Shown here: piece after piece, positions 52,056-60,809 of the stretch
Layout: each line of letters opens with the position of its first letter
Position numbering within the stretch: position 1 is the stretch's first letter
DNA from: Gemmatimonas sp.
Lineage (GTDB): Bacteria > Gemmatimonadota > Gemmatimonadetes > Gemmatimonadales > Gemmatimonadaceae
Reading direction: 5' to 3'
NCBI GenBank assembly: GCA_965279375.1
Contig: OZ257156.1
Location: 2,272,001-2,336,000 of the forward strand
DNA length: 64,000 bases
Translations under genes and position numbers: made by a program
Notes under the pieces: model-generated
The model's database searches: none
Told to the model about the DNA's origin: nothing
Seen by the model: only the letters and a program-made list of their open reading frames with translations

Positions 52056-52453
52056 GGTGCGGCGATGGTGATGGTTCGACTGATCGGCGTCGGCAGATTC
52101 GTCGACACGACGGCCGACACCCGCACGGTGACCGTGGTGGTGTTCATGCCGCTGGTCGTGTCGCGGGTCACGGTGGTCTGGGATATCAGTCCGTTCGAAG
52201 TGCCGTTGAAGCGCACCTCGGTCAGCTGACCGATCGTGGAATACGTAGGCCAGGCCCGTGCTCGCCCGATCTGCATCTCGGCGACCGACTGCGCGCGGTT
52301 GCGGATGTCCGCATCGCTCACCGAGCGCGACATCGTTGTGGTGCCCATGCCCATGGCGAGAACCACACCGGCGAGAATCACCAGCGCGATCATCACCTCG
52401 ATCAACGTGAATCCGTCTCGGGAACCCGCGACGGCCGTACGAGAAGTGCTCAT
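52052..52453 (-). CDS. PilV-like minor pilin
   Basis: RDG|FTLIEVMIAL prepilin motif; 133 aa. Confidence 0.82.
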   Translation of the reverse strand: MSTSRTAVAGSRDGFTLIEVMIALVILAGVVLAMGMGTTTMSRSVSDADIRNRAQSVAEMQIGRARAWPTYSTIGQLTEVRFNGTSNGLISQTTVTRDTTSGMNTTTVTVRVSAVVSTNLPTPISRTITIAAP

Positions 52454-53040
52454 CGTCCATGCCTCCAGGCGCTGTTGGCCCACGCGTACCACTCTGGCCG
52501 AGCCGTGGCGCGCGCAATCACGACCGCACGGGTGTCGGCGTCGCTTCCGCCCGACATCGCCTTCGCGGTCGACAGGTAGAGCGTCACGGTGCGGTCCACG
52601 CTGCCGTTGCGTTGCAGCACCAGCATGGGCTTGCCGTTGCTGGTCAACATCGTCGGCATGCTGGCTGTCGCCGTACCCAGGGCGCCGACGGATGAGGGGC
52701 GACCGAACTTCACGCGCTCGGGCAGCGGAAAGGGGCGCGTACGTTCGCCGCTATCGAAGCGGCCGTTGTTGTTCGCGTCCCAGACGGTCTCGATGTTGTG
52801 GCCCGCGGTGTCGATCACGAACAGCACGTTGTGCTGTCGCGCAGCGGCGTCGCGCTGAGCCACCATCAAAGCCATACCGAATGTGCGAGCAGCGGCATCG
52901 ACCTGGGAATTGTCGACCCGCACTTTGGGCATCACTAACGCAGCGAGGATGCCGACAATCGTTATGGCGATCAGGAGTTCGATTAACGAGAAACCGAGCG
53001 CGGTTCTTCGTCGAATCGGGCGCGGTACTGTGACGGACAT
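52450..53040 (-). CDS. FimT/FimU-like minor pilin
   Basis: ALG|FSLIELLIAITIVGILAALVMP; AQRDAAAR. Confidence 0.82.
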   Translation of the reverse strand: MSVTVPRPIRRRTALGFSLIELLIAITIVGILAALVMPKVRVDNSQVDAAARTFGMALMVAQRDAAARQHNVLFVIDTAGHNIETVWDANNNGRFDSGERTRPFPLPERVKFGRPSSVGALGTATASMPTMLTSNGKPMLVLQRNGSVDRTVTLYLSTAKAMSGGSDADTRAVVIARATARPEWYAWANSAWRHGR

Positions 53041-53122
53041 GGTGCTGGCCTGGAAATGGGGAGTCCTGTCTCACCCACCAGACGCCGCCTGCGTGCGGCT
53101 CGTCACCGATCGTCACCCTCGC

Positions 53123-53149
53123 GGCACGCACCGTTTTGCGGTGCGTGCC
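53123..53149 (-). terminator. Hairpin downstream of thyX
   Basis: GGCACGCACCG-TTTTG-CGGTGCGTGCC, 11-bp stem. Confidence 0.55.
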
Positions 53150-53159
53150 ATTCAGCCAA

Positions 53160-53927
53160 TCAGACCTTGTGGTAGCTGATCCGGGCCGCGTCGCGGCGGT
53201 CTGCCGCCTGATAAATCTCGAAGTCGCTGAAGAACGCAGGCGCCTCCGCCTGCAGGACGCGCAAGGTGGCCACCGCGACACGACGAATCTCGAGCTCTGC
53301 CGCCTCGCTCGATCGCAACTCCAGCATCGTGCGCCAGGCGCGCGCGTTGCCGGTCACGACGATCTTGGTCTCCGTGCTGTTGGGGAGCACGCCACGGGCC
53401 GCCTCACGCGCCATCTTGCGACGATGGACCTTGTCGTCCACCCACGAGTAACGCGTCATCAGCGAATCGACCAACGCGACGTAGCTGTCCAGCGCCGACG
53501 TCACCTGTGAACGCCACGCCGTCTCCAGCGCCTCGTCGCCGATCATCGCCGGTGGCATCACGAAGCAGGCGTCACTCTCGTCCACATAGCGCTGGGATAG
53601 CTGCGAGTATGCAAAGCCAGCGCGGTGGCGCACCAATTCGTGCGTCAGTGAGCGCGAGACGCCCTCCAGGAGCAGCGAATAGTTGGCATGCTCCAACACG
53701 CTGCCGTGCCCCTGCTTCTTGATGTTCTCCAGATACTCGCGCGTGCTGCGTCCGGCCGGATTGCGCTGGCTCATGTAGCACAGGCGCCCGGCGAACTCCG
53801 CGAGCCGCTCGCCGTCGGTGGACTCGCCCATCCACTGCACGGGCATGTGCGCAGGCTCGGCGAACTGTGGACGGGACAACACCGTGATCGTGGGCTCGAG
53901 CAGAATCGCGTGGTCGGCGAGAGGCAT
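53160..53927 (-). CDS. thyX: FAD-dependent thymidylate synthase
   Basis: GHGSVLEH, HELVRHR, SQLSQRYV, ARGVLPN and EIR. Confidence 0.96.
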   Translation of the reverse strand: MPLADHAILLEPTITVLSRPQFAEPAHMPVQWMGESTDGERLAEFAGRLCYMSQRNPAGRSTREYLENIKKQGHGSVLEHANYSLLLEGVSRSLTHELVRHRAGFAYSQLSQRYVDESDACFVMPPAMIGDEALETAWRSQVTSALDSYVALVDSLMTRYSWVDDKVHRRKMAREAARGVLPNSTETKIVVTGNARAWRTMLELRSSEAAELEIRRVAVATLRVLQAEAPAFFSDFEIYQAADRRDAARISYHKV

Positions 53928-53996
53928 GGCGTACAGTCGGAGAAAGGGTGCTGTCGAGGAGTGCAGAAAAGTAGTCGGAGCAGCGACGCGACGCGG

Positions 53997-55637
53997 TCAG
54001 TCCGCCGCGAAATCGAGCCGGAAGCGATGCCACGCTCGCTCGCGCTCGATCTGGTCCAACGCGGCACGTGCGCGAGGGTCCAGTGGTGTGGCCTCAGGAT
54101 CGTGCCGGAGCGCGCCGATGGCCTCGTCTCCGGGGCGCGACACCTTGCAACCCGGATTGAGAACGCCCGAGGGATCGCCCGCAGCCTTGACGTTCGCGAA
54201 GGCGGCCAGCGCTTCGGGGTTCCACACCGACGAGAGCAGCGGCGCCCGCAACCGACCGTCGCCGTGCTCCCCGGCCAGCGTGCCACCAAGTGCAGCGGTC
54301 AACTCGCACACCTCGTCGAGTAATCCGCCCACGACCTCTCGCCACCCGGCCTGCGCGGTGTCCACCAGCGGGTTCACATGCGCGTGCGCATCGCCAGCGT
54401 GTCCGAAGATCACACCGGTCACCCCGCGTCGATCGAGCGCCGCGCGCACGCCGCGCACATAGGCGGGATAGTGCGTGGGCGGTACGCAGCCGTCCTCGAT
54501 GAACTGCATCGATCGCAACCGTGGCGCGAGGCGTGTGAGAATCGGGCTGGCCGCGTGTCGTAGCTCCCAAAGCGCGTGCTCCGCTGCTGGGTCGTTCGCG
54601 GTGTTGATCTCCGTCGCGCCATGTTTGCGACAGTCACGCGCCACGCGCTCCAGCGCAGCCAGTGCCGCCGCGCGATCTCCTCCTTCCACCTCGATCAGCA
54701 GCACCGCTTCGGCGCCCGGTCGAATGCCCGTCGGGCCGCCCGTGGCGGCGATGTCCAGAAAGGTCCGATCCAGCAGCTCACAGGCGGACGCTCCCGCTTC
54801 GCGCGCGTCCATCGCGCACGCCGTGGCCGCCTCCAGCGAAGGGAAGGTGGCCAGCACGGTCGCCGTCGCCCCCGCGACGGGGATCAGCGCCAATTCCACG
54901 TCCGTGAACATCGCCAGCGTGCCTTCGCTCCCGACCAACAGGTCGATCAGATGACCGTCGGGCGCCAGCGCTGCGGCAATGCCGTAGCCGGATGACTCCT
55001 TGCGAACGCCCGCGTGCGACAGCGACGCGAGATTCGCGTGCGCCTTGAGATCGGCCAGCGTCGCGATCAGGCGAGCGACGGCGGTGATGTTGGCGGGCGG
55101 TGCTTCGTCGCGTCGGATCCACGCCGATTGCCCATCGTCGAAGACGCAATTGAGCCCGGTCACCCACGGGCGTGTCGCGCCAAAGCGCAGCGTCCGCGCG
55201 CCCGCCGCATTGGCGCCCACCATGCCGCCGATCGTGCAGAATGCGCCGCTGGACGGATCCACAGGAAAGCGAAGTCCCGCTGCACGCGCCTTGGCGTCGA
55301 TTGCCCCACGCAATGCGCCCGACCCCACGCGGATGCGCTGCGCGCCAAACTCCACATCGCCCATGCCATTGAAGCGGCTCAGGTCCACCGCGATTCCCGG
55401 ACCCACCGCGCCCGCGGCCATGCCGCTTCCCGAGCCACGCGGCATCAGCGCCGCGCCCGTCCGCTTGGCCCACCGCGCCAGAACGCTCAAGTCATCGCGG
55501 TCAGCAGGGACGGCTACGGCCGCTGGCAGCGTGCGCGCAATGCCAGCGCCCTCTGCATACAGCCCGCGCGCGAGCTGGTCGGTGCGGAAGATCCCGCGGA
55601 AGTCCGGAGGCAGATCAGCTGCATGAATTTCGGCCAT
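53997..55637 (-). CDS. FAD-binding oxidoreductase (GlcD/D-lactate dehydrogenase-like)
   Basis: PRGSGSG, DPSS, IGGMVGANAAG, GSEGTL, GHAGDAHAH, GEHGDG and LNPG. Confidence 0.88.
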   Translation of the reverse strand: MAEIHAADLPPDFRGIFRTDQLARGLYAEGAGIARTLPAAVAVPADRDDLSVLARWAKRTGAALMPRGSGSGMAAGAVGPGIAVDLSRFNGMGDVEFGAQRIRVGSGALRGAIDAKARAAGLRFPVDPSSGAFCTIGGMVGANAAGARTLRFGATRPWVTGLNCVFDDGQSAWIRRDEAPPANITAVARLIATLADLKAHANLASLSHAGVRKESSGYGIAAALAPDGHLIDLLVGSEGTLAMFTDVELALIPVAGATATVLATFPSLEAATACAMDAREAGASACELLDRTFLDIAATGGPTGIRPGAEAVLLIEVEGGDRAAALAALERVARDCRKHGATEINTANDPAAEHALWELRHAASPILTRLAPRLRSMQFIEDGCVPPTHYPAYVRGVRAALDRRGVTGVIFGHAGDAHAHVNPLVDTAQAGWREVVGGLLDEVCELTAALGGTLAGEHGDGRLRAPLLSSVWNPEALAAFANVKAAGDPSGVLNPGCKVSRPGDEAIGALRHDPEATPLDPRARAALDQIERERAWHRFRLDFAAD

Positions 55638-55746
55638 GGGTGAGTCTCGCCGGGACGCCGACTGGCGACAAGCGGTGAAACACTGACAGGCTCCATCAGC
55701 TTCGCTGCCGTGACGGAGAGCGCCGCCGCCTCGTATGTTGTGTGCC

Positions 55747-56805
55747 ATGTCTCTCGACCCGACCATCACCAGCGCCCTCGAACGCCGCGACGCGGATCGC
55801 TTCTGCACAGCGATCCTCCCCGCCGTGTCCCGTACGTTCGCGCTCGGCATCAAAGTGCTGCCGGGAGACCTGGGACAGGCCGTGCTCGACGCCTACCTGC
55901 TCTGCCGCATCGCCGATACAGTCGAGGACGCACCGGGGGTGGATCCGCAGGTGAAGGCCGTCATGTTCGACGACTTCCTGGCGGCGTTCGACGACCAGGC
56001 CGCGCTGACGCGCTTTCTGTCGGGCGTCGAGACGTTGCGTGGCGATCTCGCGCACATCACGCTCACGCGCAACACCGACCTCGTGCTCGAACACTTCGCC
56101 GCGCTGCCGAGCAAGACGCGCGATGTGGTTCGCAAGTGGGTGACCGAGATGGCCGTCGGCATGCGCAAGTTCGTGCTGCTCTACCCGGACGGCATTCGCA
56201 TCCAGACCATCGACGAGTACAAGGAGTACTGCTACTACGTCGCGGGCACCGTGGGGTACATGCTCACGGATCTGTGGCACGAGCATTCGTCGAGCATCGG
56301 GTCGCGCCGATACGAGGTGCTGCGCGAGCGGTGCCGCGCCTTCGCCGAAGCGCTGCAGACGGTCAACATCCTGAAAGACGTCGCCGTCGACGCGGAGAAG
56401 GAGAACTCGGTATACGTCCCCGAGGAGCTCTTGCGCATGCACGGCAGCACGCAGAGCCGCATTCTCGCGCCGGAGTTGGTCGCGAAGAACCGCGAAGCGC
56501 TCACGCAGCTCATCCAGCTCGCGTGGCACGATCTCGAGGAAGCACGCAACTATCTGTTGCTCATTCCGCGCCGCGCTGTCTCCATCCGACTCTTCTGTAT
56601 TCTGCCGCTGCTGCTTGCGTACGCCACGCTCCGCGATCTCGTGCAGAGCACGGCGATGCTCAAGCCCGGTGGGTCGGTCAAGATTTCACGCAAGGAAGTG
56701 AAGTCGCTGCTGATGACCGGCTCGATGCTCGTGATGAGCAACTGGGCCGTGCGCCGATTGGTCGAACGCGTGCGACTGCGCGCCTTCGAACTGGCGATCG
56801 CCTGA
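55747..56805 (+). CDS. Squalene/phytoene synthase family protein
   Basis: VSRTFAL, YLLCRIADTVED, YCYYVAGTVG and LQTVNILKD. Confidence 0.9.
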   Translation: MSLDPTITSALERRDADRFCTAILPAVSRTFALGIKVLPGDLGQAVLDAYLLCRIADTVEDAPGVDPQVKAVMFDDFLAAFDDQAALTRFLSGVETLRGDLAHITLTRNTDLVLEHFAALPSKTRDVVRKWVTEMAVGMRKFVLLYPDGIRIQTIDEYKEYCYYVAGTVGYMLTDLWHEHSSSIGSRRYEVLRERCRAFAEALQTVNILKDVAVDAEKENSVYVPEELLRMHGSTQSRILAPELVAKNREALTQLIQLAWHDLEEARNYLLLIPRRAVSIRLFCILPLLLAYATLRDLVQSTAMLKPGGSVKISRKEVKSLLMTGSMLVMSNWAVRRLVERVRLRAFELAIA

Positions 56806-56817
56806 CGGCACACGCGA

Positions 56818-56860
56818 CCTAACGCTTCGTCGCTGCGCTCAGCAGGGCGTTGGTCACCTG
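56818..56860. repeat. Direct repeat, left copy (orphan duplicate of a gene 3' end)
   Basis: CCTAACGCTTCGTCGCTGCGCTCAGCAGGGCGTTGGTCACCTG; minus strand reads QVTNALLSAATKR-stop. Confidence 0.95.
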
Positions 56861-56880
56861 AGCGGTGGTGCTCCCCGCCG

Positions 56881-57801
56881 CTACGAGCGCGGGAGTACCT
56901 GCGCCACCTCGACGACACGGAAGCCGCCATGGGTCTCGAACAGGTGACGGAGAATCGGCACATGCGACGATCCGACGATGATCACGATCCGGCGCTCGCC
57001 GAACGTCATCCACTTGAGGACCTTGCTGTACATCTGAACGTTTCGCCGGTACCAATCGGCCACGAGGTTGGCGCCGCTTGTGCTCACGCCCGAGGTGTCG
57101 CCGAGATCGGTGCGGATCTCTCCGATGCGGGCGAACCGGCTCAGATACACGCTATGGTCCGAGGCGAGTGAGGCCGGCGCATTCACCTGCTGGAGGTAGG
57201 CTGCGAGTGTCATCGAGTCGCGCGGGGCGTGCGGCGATGTACGCGCTTCGTAGTCGGCCCGGTAGCTAAACGGAGCTCGTCCCTCGAGCACATCCACTTG
57301 GCCATGGCTGCGCGCGTAGGACTCCATCGGAGCGTAGAGCGCACCATACAGGCCGGGGTGGTCCATCAAGTACACGCGCGGATGCCGCAGCTGAACCGCT
57401 GTGCGAATCCCGAGCTGATACACCTCATTCCGACGCCGCAACGGCCCCGTGGTTCGGTGCTGCTCAAGCAGTGAATCCGCCATCAGCTGGTTGAACTCGG
57501 GCTGCCACTCCACGAATAGCTTGTCCGGTTGCCAGCCCACGAGCGAAGCGACCACCGCGTCTACCTCGGCAGCGCGCCGTGACGTCAGCACATCGTAGGT
57601 CAGCGTGTCCGTCTGCGCGAAGTGAAACGTGCCAACGAGCAGCACCTCGATCGGATGCGATTCGCGTAGGGCCGCCGCAACGAGCGGCGCTGGCACGAGC
57701 GGTGGCCCGGATCGGCAGGAGGCCAGGCCGAGCAGCAGGCCAACGCCTGCTCGGCAGAGACGCGAGTGGAACCGCGGGTTCGGGACGGCTCGTCGGCTCA
57801 T
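56881..57801 (-). CDS. DUF5694-like exported lipoprotein
   Basis: Lipobox LASC; LVGTFHF, PDKLFVE, NEVYQLG, WYRRN and GSSH motifs. Confidence 0.75.
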   Translation of the reverse strand: MSRRAVPNPRFHSRLCRAGVGLLLGLASCRSGPPLVPAPLVAAALRESHPIEVLLVGTFHFAQTDTLTYDVLTSRRAAEVDAVVASLVGWQPDKLFVEWQPEFNQLMADSLLEQHRTTGPLRRRNEVYQLGIRTAVQLRHPRVYLMDHPGLYGALYAPMESYARSHGQVDVLEGRAPFSYRADYEARTSPHAPRDSMTLAAYLQQVNAPASLASDHSVYLSRFARIGEIRTDLGDTSGVSTSGANLVADWYRRNVQMYSKVLKWMTFGERRIVIIVGSSHVPILRHLFETHGGFRVVEVAQVLPRS

Positions 57802-57825
57802 GGTGATGACCTCAGGGTAGGGGTA

Positions 57826-57877
57826 TGCTAAATTTCCAGCACTGCTGGATTTCTAGCATTGTGCTATCTTTTTAGCA
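57826..57877. promoter_or_regulatory. Three tandem TGCTR-N6-YAGCA operator palindromes in the divergent promoter
   Basis: TGCTAAATTTCCAGCA (57826-41), TGCTGGATTTCTAGCA (57843-58) and TGCTATCTTTTTAGCA (57862-77). Confidence 0.8.
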
Positions 57878-57915
57878 ATACTGGTGAAGCGCCCACCCGC
57901 CCAGCACTCTTTGCC

Positions 57916-58308
57916 ATGCCCCCGCGCCAGCTCGCTGACTCGCTCTCACGTCGAGAGAAGCAGATCATGGACATCCTCTTCCGCCGCGGCGAGGGCACCG
58001 TGACCGACGTGCGCGCCGAGCTTCCCGACCCGCCCTCCTACTCCGCCGTGCGCGCGCAGCTGCGGATCCTGGAGGAGAAGGGGCACGTCACGCACCACGA
58101 AGACGGGCCGCGTTTCGTTTTCACGCCAACCGTACGCCGCGACGACGAGCGTGTGCGCGCTCTCGAGCATCTCGTCACCACCTTCTTCGAAGGCTCGCGC
58201 GAGGCGCTGGTGAACGCGCTCATCTCCGACGGCGACACGCGCCTCGACGACGATGAGCTGCGCCGCCTCGCATCGCTCGTCGCCAAGGCGCGCAGAGACG
58301 GCAGATAG
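57916..58308 (+). CDS. BlaI/MecI/CopY family transcriptional repressor
   Basis: LSRREKQIMDILF, SYSAVR..LRILEEKG and LVTTFFEGS. Confidence 0.92.
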   Translation: MPPRQLADSLSRREKQIMDILFRRGEGTVTDVRAELPDPPSYSAVRAQLRILEEKGHVTHHEDGPRFVFTPTVRRDDERVRALEHLVTTFFEGSREALVNALISDGDTRLDDDELRRLASLVAKARRDGR

Positions 58309-58310
58309 TC

Positions 58311-59828
58311 ATGAAGGCGTCGCTGATTCTGGCAGCGTGGCCGCTGCTCTACGGTGTTGCGGCGCGTGTCACGATACTCGTCCTCGCAGCGCTGCTGGCG
58401 GATCGCGTCCTGCGTCGCCGTAGCGCATGGCTACGACACGGCATTTGGCGGGCGACGCTCTGGGGAACGATCGCCCTTGGCATCGGCGCTGTAGTGCTGC
58501 CGAGCTGGCACGTGGCACTGCTCCCGCAGCGACCGCCGCAGCTTCTGGCGCAGGTGATGCCAACCGAGGCGCTGCGAACGCGCCCGGAAGCGCTGTCCGC
58601 CAATCCGCAGTCTCGTGAAATCGGCGACGGCAACGCCGCAAACGCTGCGCAGGCGATTCCGATCGCCGCCGGTATCGTGGCCATCTGGCTGATCGTGCTC
58701 GGCGTTCTGTTGCTGCGCATGCTGCTGGGCCGTATCGCGCTCGGCCGCGCCGTACGCCCGGCACACCAGTTACGCGAAGGTCCGGTTGCTCATCTCACGG
58801 CTCAGCTCGCGCATGAGCTTGGAGTCTTTCGGCCGGTTCGGGTTTTACTCCATGAGACTGCGGTGGTCCCGTACACCTTCGGCGTTTGGCAGTCGACGTT
58901 GGTGCTTCCCATCGATGCCGCGCATTGGCATCGAGACCGATTGGAGCGAGTCATCACTCATGAGCTGGGCCATGTTCGGCGCGCTGACGCGTTCGAGTGC
59001 GTTCTTGTTCGCTTTGTGACGGCGTTCCTTTGGTTCCACCCCGGAGTCTGGCTGCTCTCGCGTCGACTCGCGGCCCTGCGAGAGGCCGCCTGCGACGACA
59101 TCGTCCTGCTGCGCGGTGCTCGCGCATCCGACTATGCGGCAGACCTGCTTCACGCCGTACGCAGTGCACGGGCGCTGCGGCCACCTGAGGCAGTACTCGC
59201 GATGGCCAGTCGTTCGGAACTTGGCACGCGCCTCTCGGACATTCTCGATGCGTCGCGCCCACGCCGGATCGACGCACGCGCCACGCGTCGGTTGATGGGA
59301 GCGGCCTGCGTGCTGCTTGCCATGCCGCTGGCTGCGCTGTCCCCCTCGCGTCGGCAGAGCTCCAGCCAACTCGCAATGCGCGCGCAGACCACGTCCGCCG
59401 AGCGGCGTGCGATGCCACGCACACGTGCAGCGTCGCCGTCGCCAGCGCGCGGTGCAGAACGAACTGTGGCAAAGCGCCCGAGTGCACGACGACGTGTGCG
59501 CTTGTCATCACCAACGCATTCCGCGCTCGTAGCCGCGCGTCTCGCGTCGCTCGACAGCATCTGCGCCATCACCAATGGACGGACGCGAGGTGAACGGCTG
59601 GTGGCACTCGCCGACCATTGGATTGAGGATGCGCGATTCTTGGAGGCGTTCTTCCGCGTGCTCGATGGCATTCCTGGCGCCCGCGTCCGCGCAGAGGTCG
59701 TCGTGCACGCGCTCACGGCATCTCGCACGTCAGAGACGAGGAGCCACGCGCGCGCAATCATCGACGGGCTGCCGGACCGCGGGCTTCGCGAGGCCATGTT
59801 CGATCGCCTGAGCGCGATGGATCTCTAA
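58311..59828 (+). CDS. M56 (BlaR1-like) membrane metallopeptidase/sensor
   Basis: HELGHVRR zinc motif, WFHP, REAACDD and YAADL; N-terminal TMs. Confidence 0.9.
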   Translation: MKASLILAAWPLLYGVAARVTILVLAALLADRVLRRRSAWLRHGIWRATLWGTIALGIGAVVLPSWHVALLPQRPPQLLAQVMPTEALRTRPEALSANPQSREIGDGNAANAAQAIPIAAGIVAIWLIVLGVLLLRMLLGRIALGRAVRPAHQLREGPVAHLTAQLAHELGVFRPVRVLLHETAVVPYTFGVWQSTLVLPIDAAHWHRDRLERVITHELGHVRRADAFECVLVRFVTAFLWFHPGVWLLSRRLAALREAACDDIVLLRGARASDYAADLLHAVRSARALRPPEAVLAMASRSELGTRLSDILDASRPRRIDARATRRLMGAACVLLAMPLAALSPSRRQSSSQLAMRAQTTSAERRAMPRTRAASPSPARGAERTVAKRPSARRRVRLSSPTHSALVAARLASLDSICAITNGRTRGERLVALADHWIEDARFLEAFFRVLDGIPGARVRAEVVVHALTASRTSETRSHARAIIDGLPDRGLREAMFDRLSAMDL

Positions 59829-59956
59829 GCAGACCTCTGGCCGTAAAGATGTCGTCACACGGGCCACAACTGCTACTCGCACATTGGTCGGTCCGACGCG
59901 CAGTTCCTGCTGGGGCGCTTCTGTGTAGGAATGCGGTGAGCAGTGCGCGTCGTGCG

Positions 59957-59999
59957 CCTAACGCTTGGTCGCTGCGCTCAGCAGGGCGTTGGTCACCTG
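59957..59999. repeat. Direct repeat, right copy (functional 3' end of CDS 59958-60809)
   Basis: CCTAACGCTTGGTCGCTGCGCTCAGCAGGGCGTTGGTCACCTG. Confidence 0.95.
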
Positions 60000-60809
60000 G
60001 CCAATCACCGACGGTGGCGGCTGCATCGCACCTTGCTCGAGATCATCGAGCAGCTGATCCACGCGCAGCTGCACCCGCGCGACCGTGCGCTTGAACGATC
60101 CCTTGATGGCGCGCCACAAGCCGTAGCCACCGGCGACCTGAACGACGGCGAGTGCCCCAATCGCCGCAGTGAATCCGCCCGGATTCGCCGAGTTCGAGGC
60201 GATCACCGTGAGCACCGTCGACAGCACCCCGAACGTCACCGCATTGACGCCTACGACAACGGCCAGTGCAGCGTTCCGCTGCGCGCGACGCACACCGCTC
60301 AACTCGACATCGAAACGCACCACGGACTTTGCGTCGTCAACCGGCGTCACCGTCGCGATGAGTTGGTCGACGCGCACGAGATCAAATCGGCGACCGCCTG
60401 TGCCGAGCGCGCGCAGCGCATTTCCGATCGGATCGTGACGAGGCTCCCAGCTCGTGCGCTGAGGCATCCGTCTGCGGACGGCCAGCCCTTCCATTCGCGG
60501 GAGCCACGCGTCGATTCGCGCCTGGACGTCACTCGCACTTCCCGGAACCACTCGCTGTGCGCCTACGATCGCCGACCCCAGTGCGTCGAGAATCGGGCCG
60601 CCGCCAGGCGCGTCAAACGCCACACGCGCCCGCTCTTCCGCCAGCGCCTGCTTGAGATGCGACGCGTCGATACCCACCTCGCGTGCGACCTCGAGCAAGC
60701 GAGACTCCGAGAGCGCCTCTGTCGCGTCGCCCGTCGTTCCCTGCAACTCGGTCGCACGCGCGAGCACGCGTTCGAGCGCGTCGCGCGGAATCGAGGGTTC
60801 GTCAGCCAT
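59958..60809 (-). CDS. Hypothetical membrane protein (two C-terminal TM helices)
   Basis: Helical N-terminus (LLEVAREVGID) and two hydrophobic segments; start overlaps the upstream stop. Confidence 0.75.
   Translation of the reverse strand: MADEPSIPRDALERVLARATELQGTTGDATEALSESRLLEVAREVGIDASHLKQALAEERARVAFDAPGGGPILDALGSAIVGAQRVVPGSASDVQARIDAWLPRMEGLAVRRRMPQRTSWEPRHDPIGNALRALGTGGRRFDLVRVDQLIATVTPVDDAKSVVRFDVELSGVRRAQRNAALAVVVGVNAVTFGVLSTVLTVIASNSANPGGFTAAIGALAVVQVAGGYGLWRAIKGSFKRTVARVQLRVDQLLDDLEQGAMQPPPSVIGQVTNALLSAATKR

Larger units (their letters stand above)
56818..59999. mobile_element. Small genomic island (about 3.1 kb) bounded by 43-bp direct repeats; no integrase
   Basis: Repeats at 56818-56860 and 59957-59999 (42/43 identical) equal the 3' end of CDS 59958-60809. 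Confidence 0.75.

Noticed and set aside
53134..53150. Sigma-54 promoter for the pilin operon (TGGCAC on the minus strand)
   Set aside because: There is no TTGC at the -12 position, and the sequence is one arm of a hairpin.
56817..56860. Integron attC site: the repeat ends contain RYYYAAC/GTTRRRY-like cores (ACCTAAC, GCCTAAC)
   Set aside because: The dyad spans only about 40 bp, shorter than attC sites; the partner core is imperfect; there is no intI; and the match is explained by the codons CGT-TAG-G.
56819..57055. 78-aa minus-strand ORF ending QVTNALLSAATKR
   Set aside because: Not a gene: it overlaps the DUF5694-like CDS in another frame and only picks up the duplicated gene end.
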